Below, piece after piece: positions 40,375 through 49,880 of a stretch of DNA of 64,000 nt. The notes beneath the pieces were generated by a model. The model did not search any database, was not told where the DNA came from, and saw only the letters and a list, made by a program, of their open reading frames with translations. This DNA is from Spirochaetales bacterium (lineage in GTDB: Bacteria > Spirochaetota > Spirochaetia > UBA9216). How positions within the stretch are numbered: position 1 is the stretch's first letter; every line of letters begins with the position of its first letter. A program made the translations under genes and the position numbers. The stretch is taken from NCBI GenBank assembly GCA_016342585.1, contig JAEINK010000001.1, positions 137,287-201,286 on the forward strand, read 5' to 3'.

Positions 40375-41724
40375 TTACTCTCTTTCTTCGAGACTTATAT
40401 ATGGTTTACCTTTTACAATACTCTTGTAAGCTGGCCGCATTATCTTTCCACCACCAACTATCTCTTCTAATCGGTGGGCACACCAGCCAGGAATCCTTGC
40501 AATGGCAAAAAGAGGTGTAAACATCTCCGAAGGAATACCAAGCATTGTATAAACAAAACCGGAATAAAAATCAACATTGGCAGAAATATCGGTTGTCACA
40601 CCCTTAACTTCCTTGAAAACATCATTACTCAGAGCTTCAATATTTTTATACATTTTAAACTCTTCAGTCATCCCTTTCACTTCCGCAAGTTCATGAGCCT
40701 TTCGTTTAAGAACAACAGCTCGTGGATCCGAAAGAGTATATACAGCGTGTCCCATTCCATAAATAAGTCCGGATTTATCAAATGCTTCCTTATTTAATAT
40801 CTTTTTCAGATACTCTTTGAGTTTTTCCTTATCCGATACATCATCAACGTTTTTGGAAATATCTTCCATCATCTGGAGGACCTTCAGGTTGGCTCCACCA
40901 TGCCTGGCCCCTTTTAGGGAACCAATAGCTGCCGAAATTACAGAATAAGTATCGGTCATGGCTGAAGATATGACTCGAACTGTGAAGGCCGAGTTATTAC
41001 CCCCGCCATGTTCAGCATGAAGGATCAACATAAGATCCAGCATTTCGGCTTCGAGCTTTGTATAAGAACTGTCCGGTCGTAACATTCGCAGGATATTTTC
41101 CGCTGTAGACAGGCTGGTATCGGGCCGGTGCATGAAAAGACTCTTTCCATCAAAATAGTGTGATTTTGCCTGATAAGCATAGGTGGCAATTGTTGGGAAC
41201 CAGGCAATTAGTTGTATACACTGAAAAAGGACATTCTGAAGGGAGTAATCTTCAGCCTTTTCATCGAACGAATAGGCAGCGAGGACGGATCTGGCAAGCT
41301 TGTTCATGATATTATTACTCGATGTATTCAGGATAATATCCTCCTTGAACCCATCGGGGAGAGTTCTGCTTTCACCAAGAAACTCTTCAAATTCCTGAAG
41401 CTGTTTCTTTGAAGGAAGCTCTCCAAAAAGAATTAGAAAACAGGTTTCCTCGAAACCAAAACGGCCTTCCCTTTGAAATCCAGCAGTTAAATCCTTAATT
41501 TCAATACCACGATAACGAAGACGTCCCTTTACGGGAACTTTTTCATTTTCATCGACGATATATCCATGAACATCTCCGATTTTAGTAAGACCAACAAGAA
41601 CACCCGTACCATCAGCGTTTCGAAGACCTCTTTTGACATTATAATTATTATAATATTCTGGTGAAACCTGATTGCTCTTTAACGCCAGATCAACATACTC
41701 TTTAATTTTATTATTCAGATCCAT
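40375..41724 (-). CDS. gltA: Citrate synthase
   Basis: Active-site region GYGHAVY-like (YGMGHAVYTLSDPRA) and citrate synthase fold motifs. Start moved to MDLNNKIKEY (41724), preceded by AAAGGAG with a 7-nt spacer. The track ORF starts 8 codons upstream. Confidence 0.85.
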   Translation of the reverse strand: MDLNNKIKEYVDLALKSNQVSPEYYNNYNVKRGLRNADGTGVLVGLTKIGDVHGYIVDENEKVPVKGRLRYRGIEIKDLTAGFQREGRFGFEETCFLILFGELPSKKQLQEFEEFLGESRTLPDGFKEDIILNTSSNNIMNKLARSVLAAYSFDEKAEDYSLQNVLFQCIQLIAWFPTIATYAYQAKSHYFDGKSLFMHRPDTSLSTAENILRMLRPDSSYTKLEAEMLDLMLILHAEHGGGNNSAFTVRVISSAMTDTYSVISAAIGSLKGARHGGANLKVLQMMEDISKNVDDVSDKEKLKEYLKKILNKEAFDKSGLIYGMGHAVYTLSDPRAVVLKRKAHELAEVKGMTEEFKMYKNIEALSNDVFKEVKGVTTDISANVDFYSGFVYTMLGIPSEMFTPLFAIARIPGWCAHRLEEIVGGGKIMRPAYKSIVKGKPYISLEERE

Positions 41725-41786
41725 TCTCAACTCCTTTTTGCATAGCAAAGCCCGACAAGAGGCCTGTTCTTTAAGATTTTACAATC

Positions 41787-42485
41787 CTAATTTTTTTGTG
41801 AGATCAATTTTCGGAAAAAAACTTCCCGAATCTTATAGCTTTTGTCCAGTCCTTTTCTTTCGAAACGGGTTTCAGGACGCCAAACAGGCTGATTTGCCCA
41901 ATCTTCGTACTGATTTTTCAACTCTGGAATTGATATGAGAACTTCAAGCATCTGTTCTCCATACTCCTCCCAGTCAGTAACACAGTAGATATACCCATCA
42001 TTCTTTAACTTTGGCAGTAACTTCTTGATAAACGGGGCCTGAACAAGTCTCCGCTTATGATGCTTCTTCTTTGGCCAGGGATCCGGGAAAAAGATGTGAA
42101 TTCCATCAAAGGATCCATCCGGAATCATATTATCAATTACCTTGACCGCATCAAAATTAATAATTCTCATATTATCCAGATTTCTTATTCCAATCTCAGA
42201 TAACAGTTTTCCAACACCAGGCTTGTGAACTTCTATCCCCAGATAATTTTTATCCCGGTTTTTATCGGCTATAGCGGCCGTCGCCAACCCCATTCCGAAT
42301 CCTATTTCAAGGATGATTTCACCTTTGGGAAAATATTTTTTAAGATCAATTAACTGCTCTTCGTAGGGTATACAGTATTTAGGGCCTAATTCATCGTAGG
42401 CTTTCTGATGAAGCTTACTCATCCGGCCGCCACGTATAACATATGAATGTATTTCTCGAGTACCCCTAAAAACTGTCTTATCCAT
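41787..42485 (-). CDS. trmB: tRNA (guanine46-N7)-methyltransferase
   Basis: 232 aa. SAM-binding motif LEIGFGMGLATAAIA. Conserved TrmB C-terminal FPDPWPKKKHHKRR. Confidence 0.85.
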   Translation of the reverse strand: MDKTVFRGTREIHSYVIRGGRMSKLHQKAYDELGPKYCIPYEEQLIDLKKYFPKGEIILEIGFGMGLATAAIADKNRDKNYLGIEVHKPGVGKLLSEIGIRNLDNMRIINFDAVKVIDNMIPDGSFDGIHIFFPDPWPKKKHHKRRLVQAPFIKKLLPKLKNDGYIYCVTDWEEYGEQMLEVLISIPELKNQYEDWANQPVWRPETRFERKGLDKSYKIREVFFRKLISQKN

Positions 42486-42605
42486 ACCCTATTTTACCTG
42501 ATTGGTAAGGTTTTATCAATGGCAGATTTTTCAAATATTTTAAAGGAATTATCTAATTTTTTATAATATTAATAGATAATCCGTCCTGTATCTAAGAAAT
42601 CTATA

Positions 42606-45600
42606 TCAAAGCAACCTGGATAATCGGTCTCTAATAAACTCGGATTTTTCCTGAAGCCCAATATTACCAGTTTTTAGAAGGATATATTGAGGACGTCTCG
42701 GGTCGAGAGCAACGGATTTTCCACCTTCCCGGATAAGTCTCATGATCTTATCAATCGATATGAGTGCCACCTGACCAAATTCGACTTCCACAATTCCGCT
42801 TCGTTCTTTAATCGAGGATATCTTGAGTTTTCCACAGATTATTCGTATTTCCGACAATGAAAGGAGACTTAAGACCTCTTCCGGTATAGGGCCAAACCTG
42901 TCATCTAATTCGAAGAGAACCCTGTCATACTCATCCTGATTTTGAATGGACGATATTTTTTTGTAAATTTCCATTTTTTCAACAGGCTCTGAAATATAGG
43001 TATCCGGAATAAAACCAGTATAGACAAGCTCCATATACACTTCCGGCAGTCTCTCTTCCGGATCGTCCTGCATCTCCCTGATTGCTTCATCAAGAAGACG
43101 AATATACATGTCAAAACCGACAGCCATGACATCTCCCGACTGTTCCCGCCCGAGAAGATTACCCGCCCCGCGGACTTCAAGGTCTTTCATGGCAATCTTG
43201 AAACCCGATCCAAGTTCGGTATAGTCACTTATAATCTGTAAACGCTTCATGGCGATCTCAGAGAGGGCCCTCTGCTCAGGGTAAAGAAGATAAGCAAAAG
43301 CGGTCTTATCCGACCGGCCTACCCGTCCTCGAAGCTGATAAAGCTGACTGATTCCATACATATCTGCCCTGTCAATAATTATTGTATTTACATTGGGGAT
43401 ATCGATACCATTCTCAATTATTGTGGTGGCGACAAGGACCTGAAAACTACCATGAATGAATCGGTGCATTTTATCTTCAAGTTGATTTGGTGTCATTTGT
43501 CCATGGGCCGATTCTATCATGGCCTCAGGAATGAGCTTTGTAAGGAAGAGCTGAACTTCTTCCAGGGTTTCAACCCTGTTATGAAGATAAAAAACCTGGC
43601 CGCCCCTCTTCAATTCCTTCCTTACAGCCTCGGCCACCGTCTCCGGATCAAACTCACGAATAAACGTTTCAATGGGCCTGCGGTTTGAAGGGGCCGTTGT
43701 AAGGAGAGACATGTCCCGGATCTTGAGGAGGGACATATGCAGGGTCCTTGGTATTGGTGTTGCCGAAAGGGTTAGGCAGTCCACAGAGCTTTTCATCTCT
43801 TTGAACCTCTCTTTATGTTTTACACCAAACCGCTGCTCTTCATCGATGATAATCAATCCAAGATTTTTGAATTTAACATCTTTCTGAAGCAGCCTGTGGG
43901 TTCCTATCAAAATATCGAGTTCACCTTTCCCGGCACTTTCGATGATAACTTTCTGCTCCTTCTTTGTGACGAACCTTGATACCATTCCGAATTTCACAGG
44001 AAATCGGGAAAATCTCTCTTGACAGTTTTCCAGATGCTGCTCAGCCAATATCGTCGTCGGAGCAAGGAAGGCGACCTGTTTTCCACCGACGACAGCCTTG
44101 AATGCCGCCCTCATGGCAACCTCAGTTTTGCCATAACCAACATCCCCGCAGACAAGTCTATCCATCGGTTTGGGGCTTTCCATATCACCCTTTATATCCT
44201 CTACACAGCTAAGCTGATCCCGGGTCTCCTGATAAGGGAAAGCTGCCTCAAATTCAATTTGCCAGTCCGTGTCTTTTGGAAAGGAGAAACCAACCGCTTT
44301 TTTTCTTCGCGAATAAATCTTGATAAGATGGTCTGCCAGATCCTCAACAGATTTTCGTACCCTGTTTTTCTTCTTTTCCCAGGATTTTCCACCAATCTTA
44401 TCCAATGCCGGAACTCTTCCCTCGGAACCGATATAACGCTGGATCATATTTACCTGTTCTATGGGGATGAAAATCGTTTCATCATCTGCATAGGCCAATT
44501 TAATATAATCCCTTTCGGTTTTAGCCGTCTTAATACGCTCGATCCCCTCGAACCGTCCGATGCCATAATTAATATGAACGACGAAATCCCCGGTGTTAAG
44601 CTCAACAAAGGTATCGATAGCCTCGGTTTTTGCCCTTTTAACCGACTGAGCAACCCTTTTTTTACGGCCAAATATCTCGTTTTCCTGAATGACAATGTAT
44701 TTTAAATCTGGAAGGGTAAATCCATGGGAAATTCCATGGGGAATTATTTCTATTTTATACTCAGAAAGGAGCTGTTCTATCCTGGTAGCCTGACTTTCGG
44801 ATTCAGCGAAAATACCAATTTTATAGCCTGAATCGATAAGCCTGTCCAGTTCTTCCTTGAAAAAAGGAATGTTTCCAAAAAATGATCTAGGTCCTTCGTA
44901 GGTAAAATGCAGTCTCTCTTTTTTTCTGTTATTATCCCGTATATCAAAAAAACGGATGGACCGCTTTACTTTTTCCTGTTCCGATCGAAAATTCCTCAAA
45001 ATCAGATCCGGTGCGGGTAGAAAATCCGCTTCAGCAGGGAGGTTCATGAAAATCTCGTAATACTCTTTTTTTAAGGTATCATGATAATTCTCCATTCTCT
45101 CCAGACCTGAAAAAACGACAGGGGCATCGCCGGGAAGGTAATCTGTTAACCGGCCAGGGTTTTCAAAGGAAAAAGGGAAAAGCATCTCCTCATGGGGACA
45201 GGCTCCTGTATCACGGATCATATCGATAAGGTATTTGGCACCCTTTGTGAGTTTATCCTTTTTTTTAAAAAACCTTTCAAGTCCTACAATTCTTTCCTCA
45301 TCCCAGATTATCTCACGCATGGGATAAAGGTCGATACTCGCAAGTTTTACCGATGATGACTGGTTATCCGTAGAAAAGAGTTTGATCTCTTCGACCTCAT
45401 CGAACTCAAAAACGATTCGAACGGCCTGATCAATTCCCGGCATGAAAATATCTAGGACTTCTCCTCTTAAAGCAAATTCGCCTTCCACTGAAACCCGTGG
45501 AACCCGAAGGTATCCGAATTGGCTAAGTTTCTCTTCGATCTCCATGAGATCTATATCATCACCCTTCTTGAGAGAAATGATCCTGGATTCAAGCCATTCA

Positions 45601-46004
45601 GGTGGGGGAAGAGGACTTAAAAAGCACCTTTCAGTTGTGGAGATTAGAAGTTTCTCACCATTCAGCAGTCGAGAGAGGGTTAAAACTCTCTCTCCCATGA
45701 TTCTTGTGTGAGGAGAGACCCCCTTGTATGGAATGGTATTCAATTCAGGAAATATGGCCTGAGAGGATTCGAAAAGCGTCAGATCTCCCAGTGTTTCGCT
45801 AAGCTCCTTTATCCGTGGATATACCATAAGAACAGGATGCTTCTGGATGGAAAAGAGGAGGTCCATGACCATATGTCTGAAAACACCTTCTGTTCCCTGT
45901 ATATCCAGGGGCCAGGAGCCGGATCCAAATTGTTTTACAAGGGCCTTAAACTCAACTCCCTTCCGTAATTCACTAATTAGTGTTTTTATGAATAATGTTC
46001 TCAT
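42606..46004 (-). CDS. mfd: Transcription-repair coupling factor
   Basis: 1132 aa. UvrB-homology N-terminal region. RNAP-interaction/CarD-like domain. SF2 helicase motifs (CGDVGYGKTEVAMRAAF, DEEQRFG). TRG motif region. Confidence 0.95.
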   Translation of the reverse strand: MRTLFIKTLISELRKGVEFKALVKQFGSGSWPLDIQGTEGVFRHMVMDLLFSIQKHPVLMVYPRIKELSETLGDLTLFESSQAIFPELNTIPYKGVSPHTRIMGERVLTLSRLLNGEKLLISTTERCFLSPLPPPEWLESRIISLKKGDDIDLMEIEEKLSQFGYLRVPRVSVEGEFALRGEVLDIFMPGIDQAVRIVFEFDEVEEIKLFSTDNQSSSVKLASIDLYPMREIIWDEERIVGLERFFKKKDKLTKGAKYLIDMIRDTGACPHEEMLFPFSFENPGRLTDYLPGDAPVVFSGLERMENYHDTLKKEYYEIFMNLPAEADFLPAPDLILRNFRSEQEKVKRSIRFFDIRDNNRKKERLHFTYEGPRSFFGNIPFFKEELDRLIDSGYKIGIFAESESQATRIEQLLSEYKIEIIPHGISHGFTLPDLKYIVIQENEIFGRKKRVAQSVKRAKTEAIDTFVELNTGDFVVHINYGIGRFEGIERIKTAKTERDYIKLAYADDETIFIPIEQVNMIQRYIGSEGRVPALDKIGGKSWEKKKNRVRKSVEDLADHLIKIYSRRKKAVGFSFPKDTDWQIEFEAAFPYQETRDQLSCVEDIKGDMESPKPMDRLVCGDVGYGKTEVAMRAAFKAVVGGKQVAFLAPTTILAEQHLENCQERFSRFPVKFGMVSRFVTKKEQKVIIESAGKGELDILIGTHRLLQKDVKFKNLGLIIIDEEQRFGVKHKERFKEMKSSVDCLTLSATPIPRTLHMSLLKIRDMSLLTTAPSNRRPIETFIREFDPETVAEAVRKELKRGGQVFYLHNRVETLEEVQLFLTKLIPEAMIESAHGQMTPNQLEDKMHRFIHGSFQVLVATTIIENGIDIPNVNTIIIDRADMYGISQLYQLRGRVGRSDKTAFAYLLYPEQRALSEIAMKRLQIISDYTELGSGFKIAMKDLEVRGAGNLLGREQSGDVMAVGFDMYIRLLDEAIREMQDDPEERLPEVYMELVYTGFIPDTYISEPVEKMEIYKKISSIQNQDEYDRVLFELDDRFGPIPEEVLSLLSLSEIRIICGKLKISSIKERSGIVEVEFGQVALISIDKIMRLIREGGKSVALDPRRPQYILLKTGNIGLQEKSEFIRDRLSRLL

Positions 46005-46060
46005 GATTTCTTCCGAAAATAGTATTGTATACTATTCAAATTGATTTCTGGGGGCTTATT

Positions 46061-47017
46061 TTGAAAAAACAAGCTTTTATCTTTCTCATCCTGTCAATAA
46101 TGGTTTTTACGGGCATTTTCAGCCTGTATGCCGCCGAAGAACTAAATCCGGCTATTGATTTCAGTATAAGGTATTATGACAGGTCTATATACTATACTGA
46201 TTCTCCAATATATATAAAAGTGGAGATCACAAATAATTCCATGAAAACTTACAGATTCAAGCTGGCAGACTTAAGACCTTTCAGTATTGATTTTTCTTTG
46301 AAGACCCTTCAACACAGAGAGATCGAACATTCTGATCGGTTTATAATGGAAAGGAATACCAATAGACAGATCTTCTTTCGTGAAATATCATTAGAACCGG
46401 GTGAGGCCTACAGCTTTATTGAAGATCTTTCCGATTTTATTGACATCACCGAGTCGAGACAGTACCGGCTTCAGGCACAATTTTATCCGGAACTCGTCTC
46501 CTCGGGCTCGCCTTTTTATTCCAACACCTTGAGCCTTTCGGTAAGGCCTTCAACGTCTACCGATCCTGTAATGGATCGTATCGAAGAGGAAACCGGGGCT
46601 ATCCTTAGGGCCGAAGCCCTCTCTCCGGATCAGGTGGTCTCTTATGTGATTAATGCCCGGCAGCGCAGCCAGTGGGAGAAATTCTTCCTCTACCTCGATC
46701 TCCAATCCTTATACTTGAGAAATCCGGGAAATGAGGCTAAATATAGAAGAGGATCAGAAGCTGATAGAAGATTTCAAATCGAAGAGTACAGACAGTCCCT
46801 TCAAGCCGAGACAATTGATCAGGATCTTCTTGTTATCCCCCACGAGTTTCGAATATTGAAGACCACCTATACCGAAAATGAGGGGACAGTGGATGTACTC
46901 GTCAAGATCAAATATTCAGATTTTACAGAGCTAAAACAATATACTTATCAGCTTCAAAAAAGTATGGGAATATGGTATATTGATAACTACGAAGTGAGAA
47001 ATTTAGGTACTGAATGA
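46061..47017 (+). CDS. Secreted protein (hypothetical), first gene of the PilZ/radical-SAM cassette
   Basis: The track ORF starts at TTG 46025. An internal TTG at 46061 is preceded by GGGGG with a 6-nt spacer and gives a classic signal peptide MKKQAFIFLILSIMVFTGIFSLYAAEE. No recognizable domain. Confidence 0.5.
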   Translation: MKKQAFIFLILSIMVFTGIFSLYAAEELNPAIDFSIRYYDRSIYYTDSPIYIKVEITNNSMKTYRFKLADLRPFSIDFSLKTLQHREIEHSDRFIMERNTNRQIFFREISLEPGEAYSFIEDLSDFIDITESRQYRLQAQFYPELVSSGSPFYSNTLSLSVRPSTSTDPVMDRIEEETGAILRAEALSPDQVVSYVINARQRSQWEKFFLYLDLQSLYLRNPGNEAKYRRGSEADRRFQIEEYRQSLQAETIDQDLLVIPHEFRILKTTYTENEGTVDVLVKIKYSDFTELKQYTYQLQKSMGIWYIDNYEVRNLGTE

Positions 47018-47754
47018 AAACCCTGACCGTAATTGACAACAATGAAATCACGGAGAATCTGGTTAACCACCTCTCTCCGCTTGGTTTCGAGTTTATGCAT
47101 TATACAAATCCTCTTAAAGCCATGGATAACCTTGAAGAGATACGTCCGGACGTTGTCTTTTTTAGTGCTGCTGATTTCATACGCCACTGGAAACCTTTTT
47201 TAATTGTCCTCCGTGAAATTTGTTCAAGAAAACAGACTCTGTTCTTCATCCTCAAAGGAAGTACCTTCGATTTTGAGGAGGCTTCAAAGGCCAGCCATCT
47301 TCAGGTTTCAGGAATTCTGCATGAAAGTCTGACTGATCCCGAGGAACTTGATATTCTTTTCTCGGTTCTAAGTAAAAACAATCTCTTCTTTGATCACAGA
47401 TTAACCAGAAGGTATCTTCCCAGAGCGTTCGATAATCTGGACTTTATCTTTAATCATCCCAGAAGTATGAAGATTATTTCAGGAACACTGGTAGACTTGA
47501 GTCCCGGCGGTTTATCCTTTAATCCTGATAATCCCCAACTCACTCAGGACCTTGCCAGTGAAGAAATTATTGATTACTGCTCATTGAGTATTGGTGAAGA
47601 GATCCTCTCTATTTCTGTTGGTGTTGTAAGAAATAATGAAACCCTGGCCATGAGGTTTGAAAATTTACCGGATGCTGATAAAAACAAGGTCACTGATTAT
47701 ATACAAAAATCGATTGATAGAGCTCTGAAAGTCCACTCCAACGCAATCCACTAA
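47014..47754 (+). CDS. Degenerate receiver-like domain plus PilZ domain protein (putative c-di-GMP receptor)
   Basis: 246 aa. ATGA overlap with the upstream stop. N-terminal CheY-like fold lacking the acidic pocket (VIDNNE instead of DD; no phosphoacceptor Asp at the end of beta3). C-terminal PilZ motifs RYLPR (RxxxR) and DLSPGG (D/NxSxGG). Confidence 0.65.
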   Translation: MKTLTVIDNNEITENLVNHLSPLGFEFMHYTNPLKAMDNLEEIRPDVVFFSAADFIRHWKPFLIVLREICSRKQTLFFILKGSTFDFEEASKASHLQVSGILHESLTDPEELDILFSVLSKNNLFFDHRLTRRYLPRAFDNLDFIFNHPRSMKIISGTLVDLSPGGLSFNPDNPQLTQDLASEEIIDYCSLSIGEEILSISVGVVRNNETLAMRFENLPDADKNKVTDYIQKSIDRALKVHSNAIH

Positions 47755-47755
47755 C

Positions 47756-48706
47756 ATGAACGTTGTCTGTACCCTATGCCCGCATAATTGTGATATTCCT
47801 TCCGAAAAACAGGGAATATGCGGGGTCAGGAAGAATAAGGGCGATAAAATCATCGATAGCTCTTATGGGATACTCTCTGCATTAGGTATGGATCCTATCG
47901 AGAAAAAACCACTTTACCATTTTTATCCCGGAAAGCATATTCTTTCGGCTGGTTTTTTCGGGTGCAATCTAAAATGCCCTTTTTGTCAGAATCACTCAAT
48001 TTCGCAAAATAACTACTCAATAAATTCAATAAAACTTAAGCCGGCAGAACTTGTCGCAAGGGCCGCCGAGAAGGGGTCCTTCGGTATTGCCTACACCTAC
48101 TCAGAACCACTGATCCACCATGAATACCTTATGGATACATCGGATTTGGCAAGGCAAAATGGATTAAAAAATGTTTTGATAACCAATGGGTTTATCAATA
48201 AATCAAAAGGTCGGGAACTGATCGAGGTGTTAGATGCCGCCAACATCGATCTGAAGTGTTATACCGATGATTTTTACAGAAAGGAGCTAAAAGGAAAACT
48301 AAAGCCGGTTTTAGATTTTATTGAAATGGCAGCAGAAAAGATCCATATAGAGGTAACCACTCTGGTTATCCCGGGAAAAAATGATTCTCTAAAAGAGATC
48401 TCCGAAATAGCGGCTTTCCTGGCAGACCTTAATCCAGCTATCCCCTATCACCTATCCGCCTACTACCCCAGCTACAAATATTTAATCCCCGCAACAAAAC
48501 CAGCGGCTTTACTCGAACTTGTAGAAACAGCCCAAAAATATTTGAATTTCGTTTTCCCGGGAAATGTTACCGAAGGGAATTCAAACAGCCTGTGCCCTGA
48601 ATGTGGAAACCTTTTAATCAAAAGAGATGGCTACAACACACAGATAACCGGCCTGAAAGGCCAATTCTGTCGCAATTGCGGTACTAAAACCACTATAATC
48701 AACTAA
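47756..48706 (+). CDS. AmmeMemoRadiSam-type radical SAM enzyme (PflA-like)
   Basis: 316 aa. Family-typical N-terminus C.LCPH.C.I..G..G.CGVR...IEKKPL.HF.PG. Radical SAM CNLKCPFCQN. C-terminal zinc ribbon CPECGN...CRNCG. 1-nt gap to the upstream gene. Confidence 0.75.
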   Translation: MNVVCTLCPHNCDIPSEKQGICGVRKNKGDKIIDSSYGILSALGMDPIEKKPLYHFYPGKHILSAGFFGCNLKCPFCQNHSISQNNYSINSIKLKPAELVARAAEKGSFGIAYTYSEPLIHHEYLMDTSDLARQNGLKNVLITNGFINKSKGRELIEVLDAANIDLKCYTDDFYRKELKGKLKPVLDFIEMAAEKIHIEVTTLVIPGKNDSLKEISEIAAFLADLNPAIPYHLSAYYPSYKYLIPATKPAALLELVETAQKYLNFVFPGNVTEGNSNSLCPECGNLLIKRDGYNTQITGLKGQFCRNCGTKTTIIN

Positions 48707-48719
48707 AAACTATTCAAAA

Positions 48720-49868
48720 TTATTTTTCTTCATCCCCGAGAGGTTGATGTGATTCAGGAATTTGCACCAGAAGGTTCTCACCATTGTTTTCACTTAACAT
48801 ATTGAGTAATTTCGCAGGATCATCTCCCATAGCACCGACCAGCTCTTTCTGTGCTTCAAGAATTAATTTTAACTCCTTCTCGGAGATATCAATGGGTTTA
48901 AATGATGAGGAGCTAAAATAATCATTTAAGCTATTCTGAAGCCCCTTAAAAAGCTCACTGTCCAGAAAAGAATTAAGCCATGGAAAATCCATGTCATTAT
49001 CATTTTCATCAGCCTTCTCTTCCGAAAGGTCCTCAAGGTTTCGACTGATTTCCATCTTTGAATTGCTGTCAATAGCCAGTTCTGCGATCTGAATTTTAAG
49101 TTTTTCTATTACTTCATTCTTTTGATCCAGCTGCTTTTGATGTTCTCTCTGCCGCCTTTTATCCCTTATCCTGAAATATCGCATGTAGGAACCAAGTTCA
49201 TCGGCATCACCAGCAAGCCTGTTTAAAATAGATGATAATCTAACCAAAAGTTCGTTATCCTGATCCTGAGGATATCTGACCCTATGGTCAATCTCTCCCC
49301 AGGCTTCTTCAAAGAGAGTCCTTACCTGTACTTCAACCAGACAGTCCTCATTTTTTGGTCTTGTACGGAGAAGGTAGTGAACCGAACGATATCCGAATTT
49401 ATGTTCCTGAACAAGACAATCACTATTATGATAATAATCGGTAATTCGCTTTGAATCTCCATAACGCACATAGGCTACCGGCTTTTCAGCCAGATCCCAG
49501 TTTTCACAAATATATTTATGAATACCCTGCCAATCCTCTTTGAAAAGATGAAGTGCCCTGATACCAACAAGATCGGTTATCTCATCCTTATAATTCTCCA
49601 GGGTAATGACCCGGGATGAGTCCTCCAGTCGCTTTCTAATTATTTTTTCTATTAAATGATTCGTATCTTTCAGCCGGTAATTCAAAGAGTGGATAGAAGG
49701 ACTGCCAATCATCTGATCAATGGCAAAACGACCTACTGAATCCAGGGTCGGCCTTATTTTTTCATAATCTTTTTCTATTTTCTTCAGCTCTTTCCAATCA
49801 AGTCCTGCACAGTTAAATTCATCTTCAGTGATTGAAAATCGGCTAAGTAGTTCGGTTTTTCGCATCAT
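48720..49868 (-). CDS. RelA/SpoT-domain small alarmone synthetase-like protein with C-terminal coiled-coil/acidic extension
   Basis: (p)ppGpp-synthetase motifs DLVGIRALHLF, GYRSVHYLL and EVQVRTLFEEAWGEIDH in the N-terminal 200 aa. The C-terminal approximately 170 aa are coiled-coil and acidic. The track ORF starts at TTG 49880. The first ATG (MMRKTELL) is 49868. Confidence 0.75.
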   Translation of the reverse strand: MMRKTELLSRFSITEDEFNCAGLDWKELKKIEKDYEKIRPTLDSVGRFAIDQMIGSPSIHSLNYRLKDTNHLIEKIIRKRLEDSSRVITLENYKDEITDLVGIRALHLFKEDWQGIHKYICENWDLAEKPVAYVRYGDSKRITDYYHNSDCLVQEHKFGYRSVHYLLRTRPKNEDCLVEVQVRTLFEEAWGEIDHRVRYPQDQDNELLVRLSSILNRLAGDADELGSYMRYFRIRDKRRQREHQKQLDQKNEVIEKLKIQIAELAIDSNSKMEISRNLEDLSEEKADENDNDMDFPWLNSFLDSELFKGLQNSLNDYFSSSSFKPIDISEKELKLILEAQKELVGAMGDDPAKLLNMLSENNGENLLVQIPESHQPLGDEEK

Positions 49869-49880
49869 ATAAAGATACAA

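Noticed and set aside
44019-44705. 228-aa plus-strand ORF inside mfd
   Set aside because: Antisense to the conserved Mfd helicase core. No independent support.
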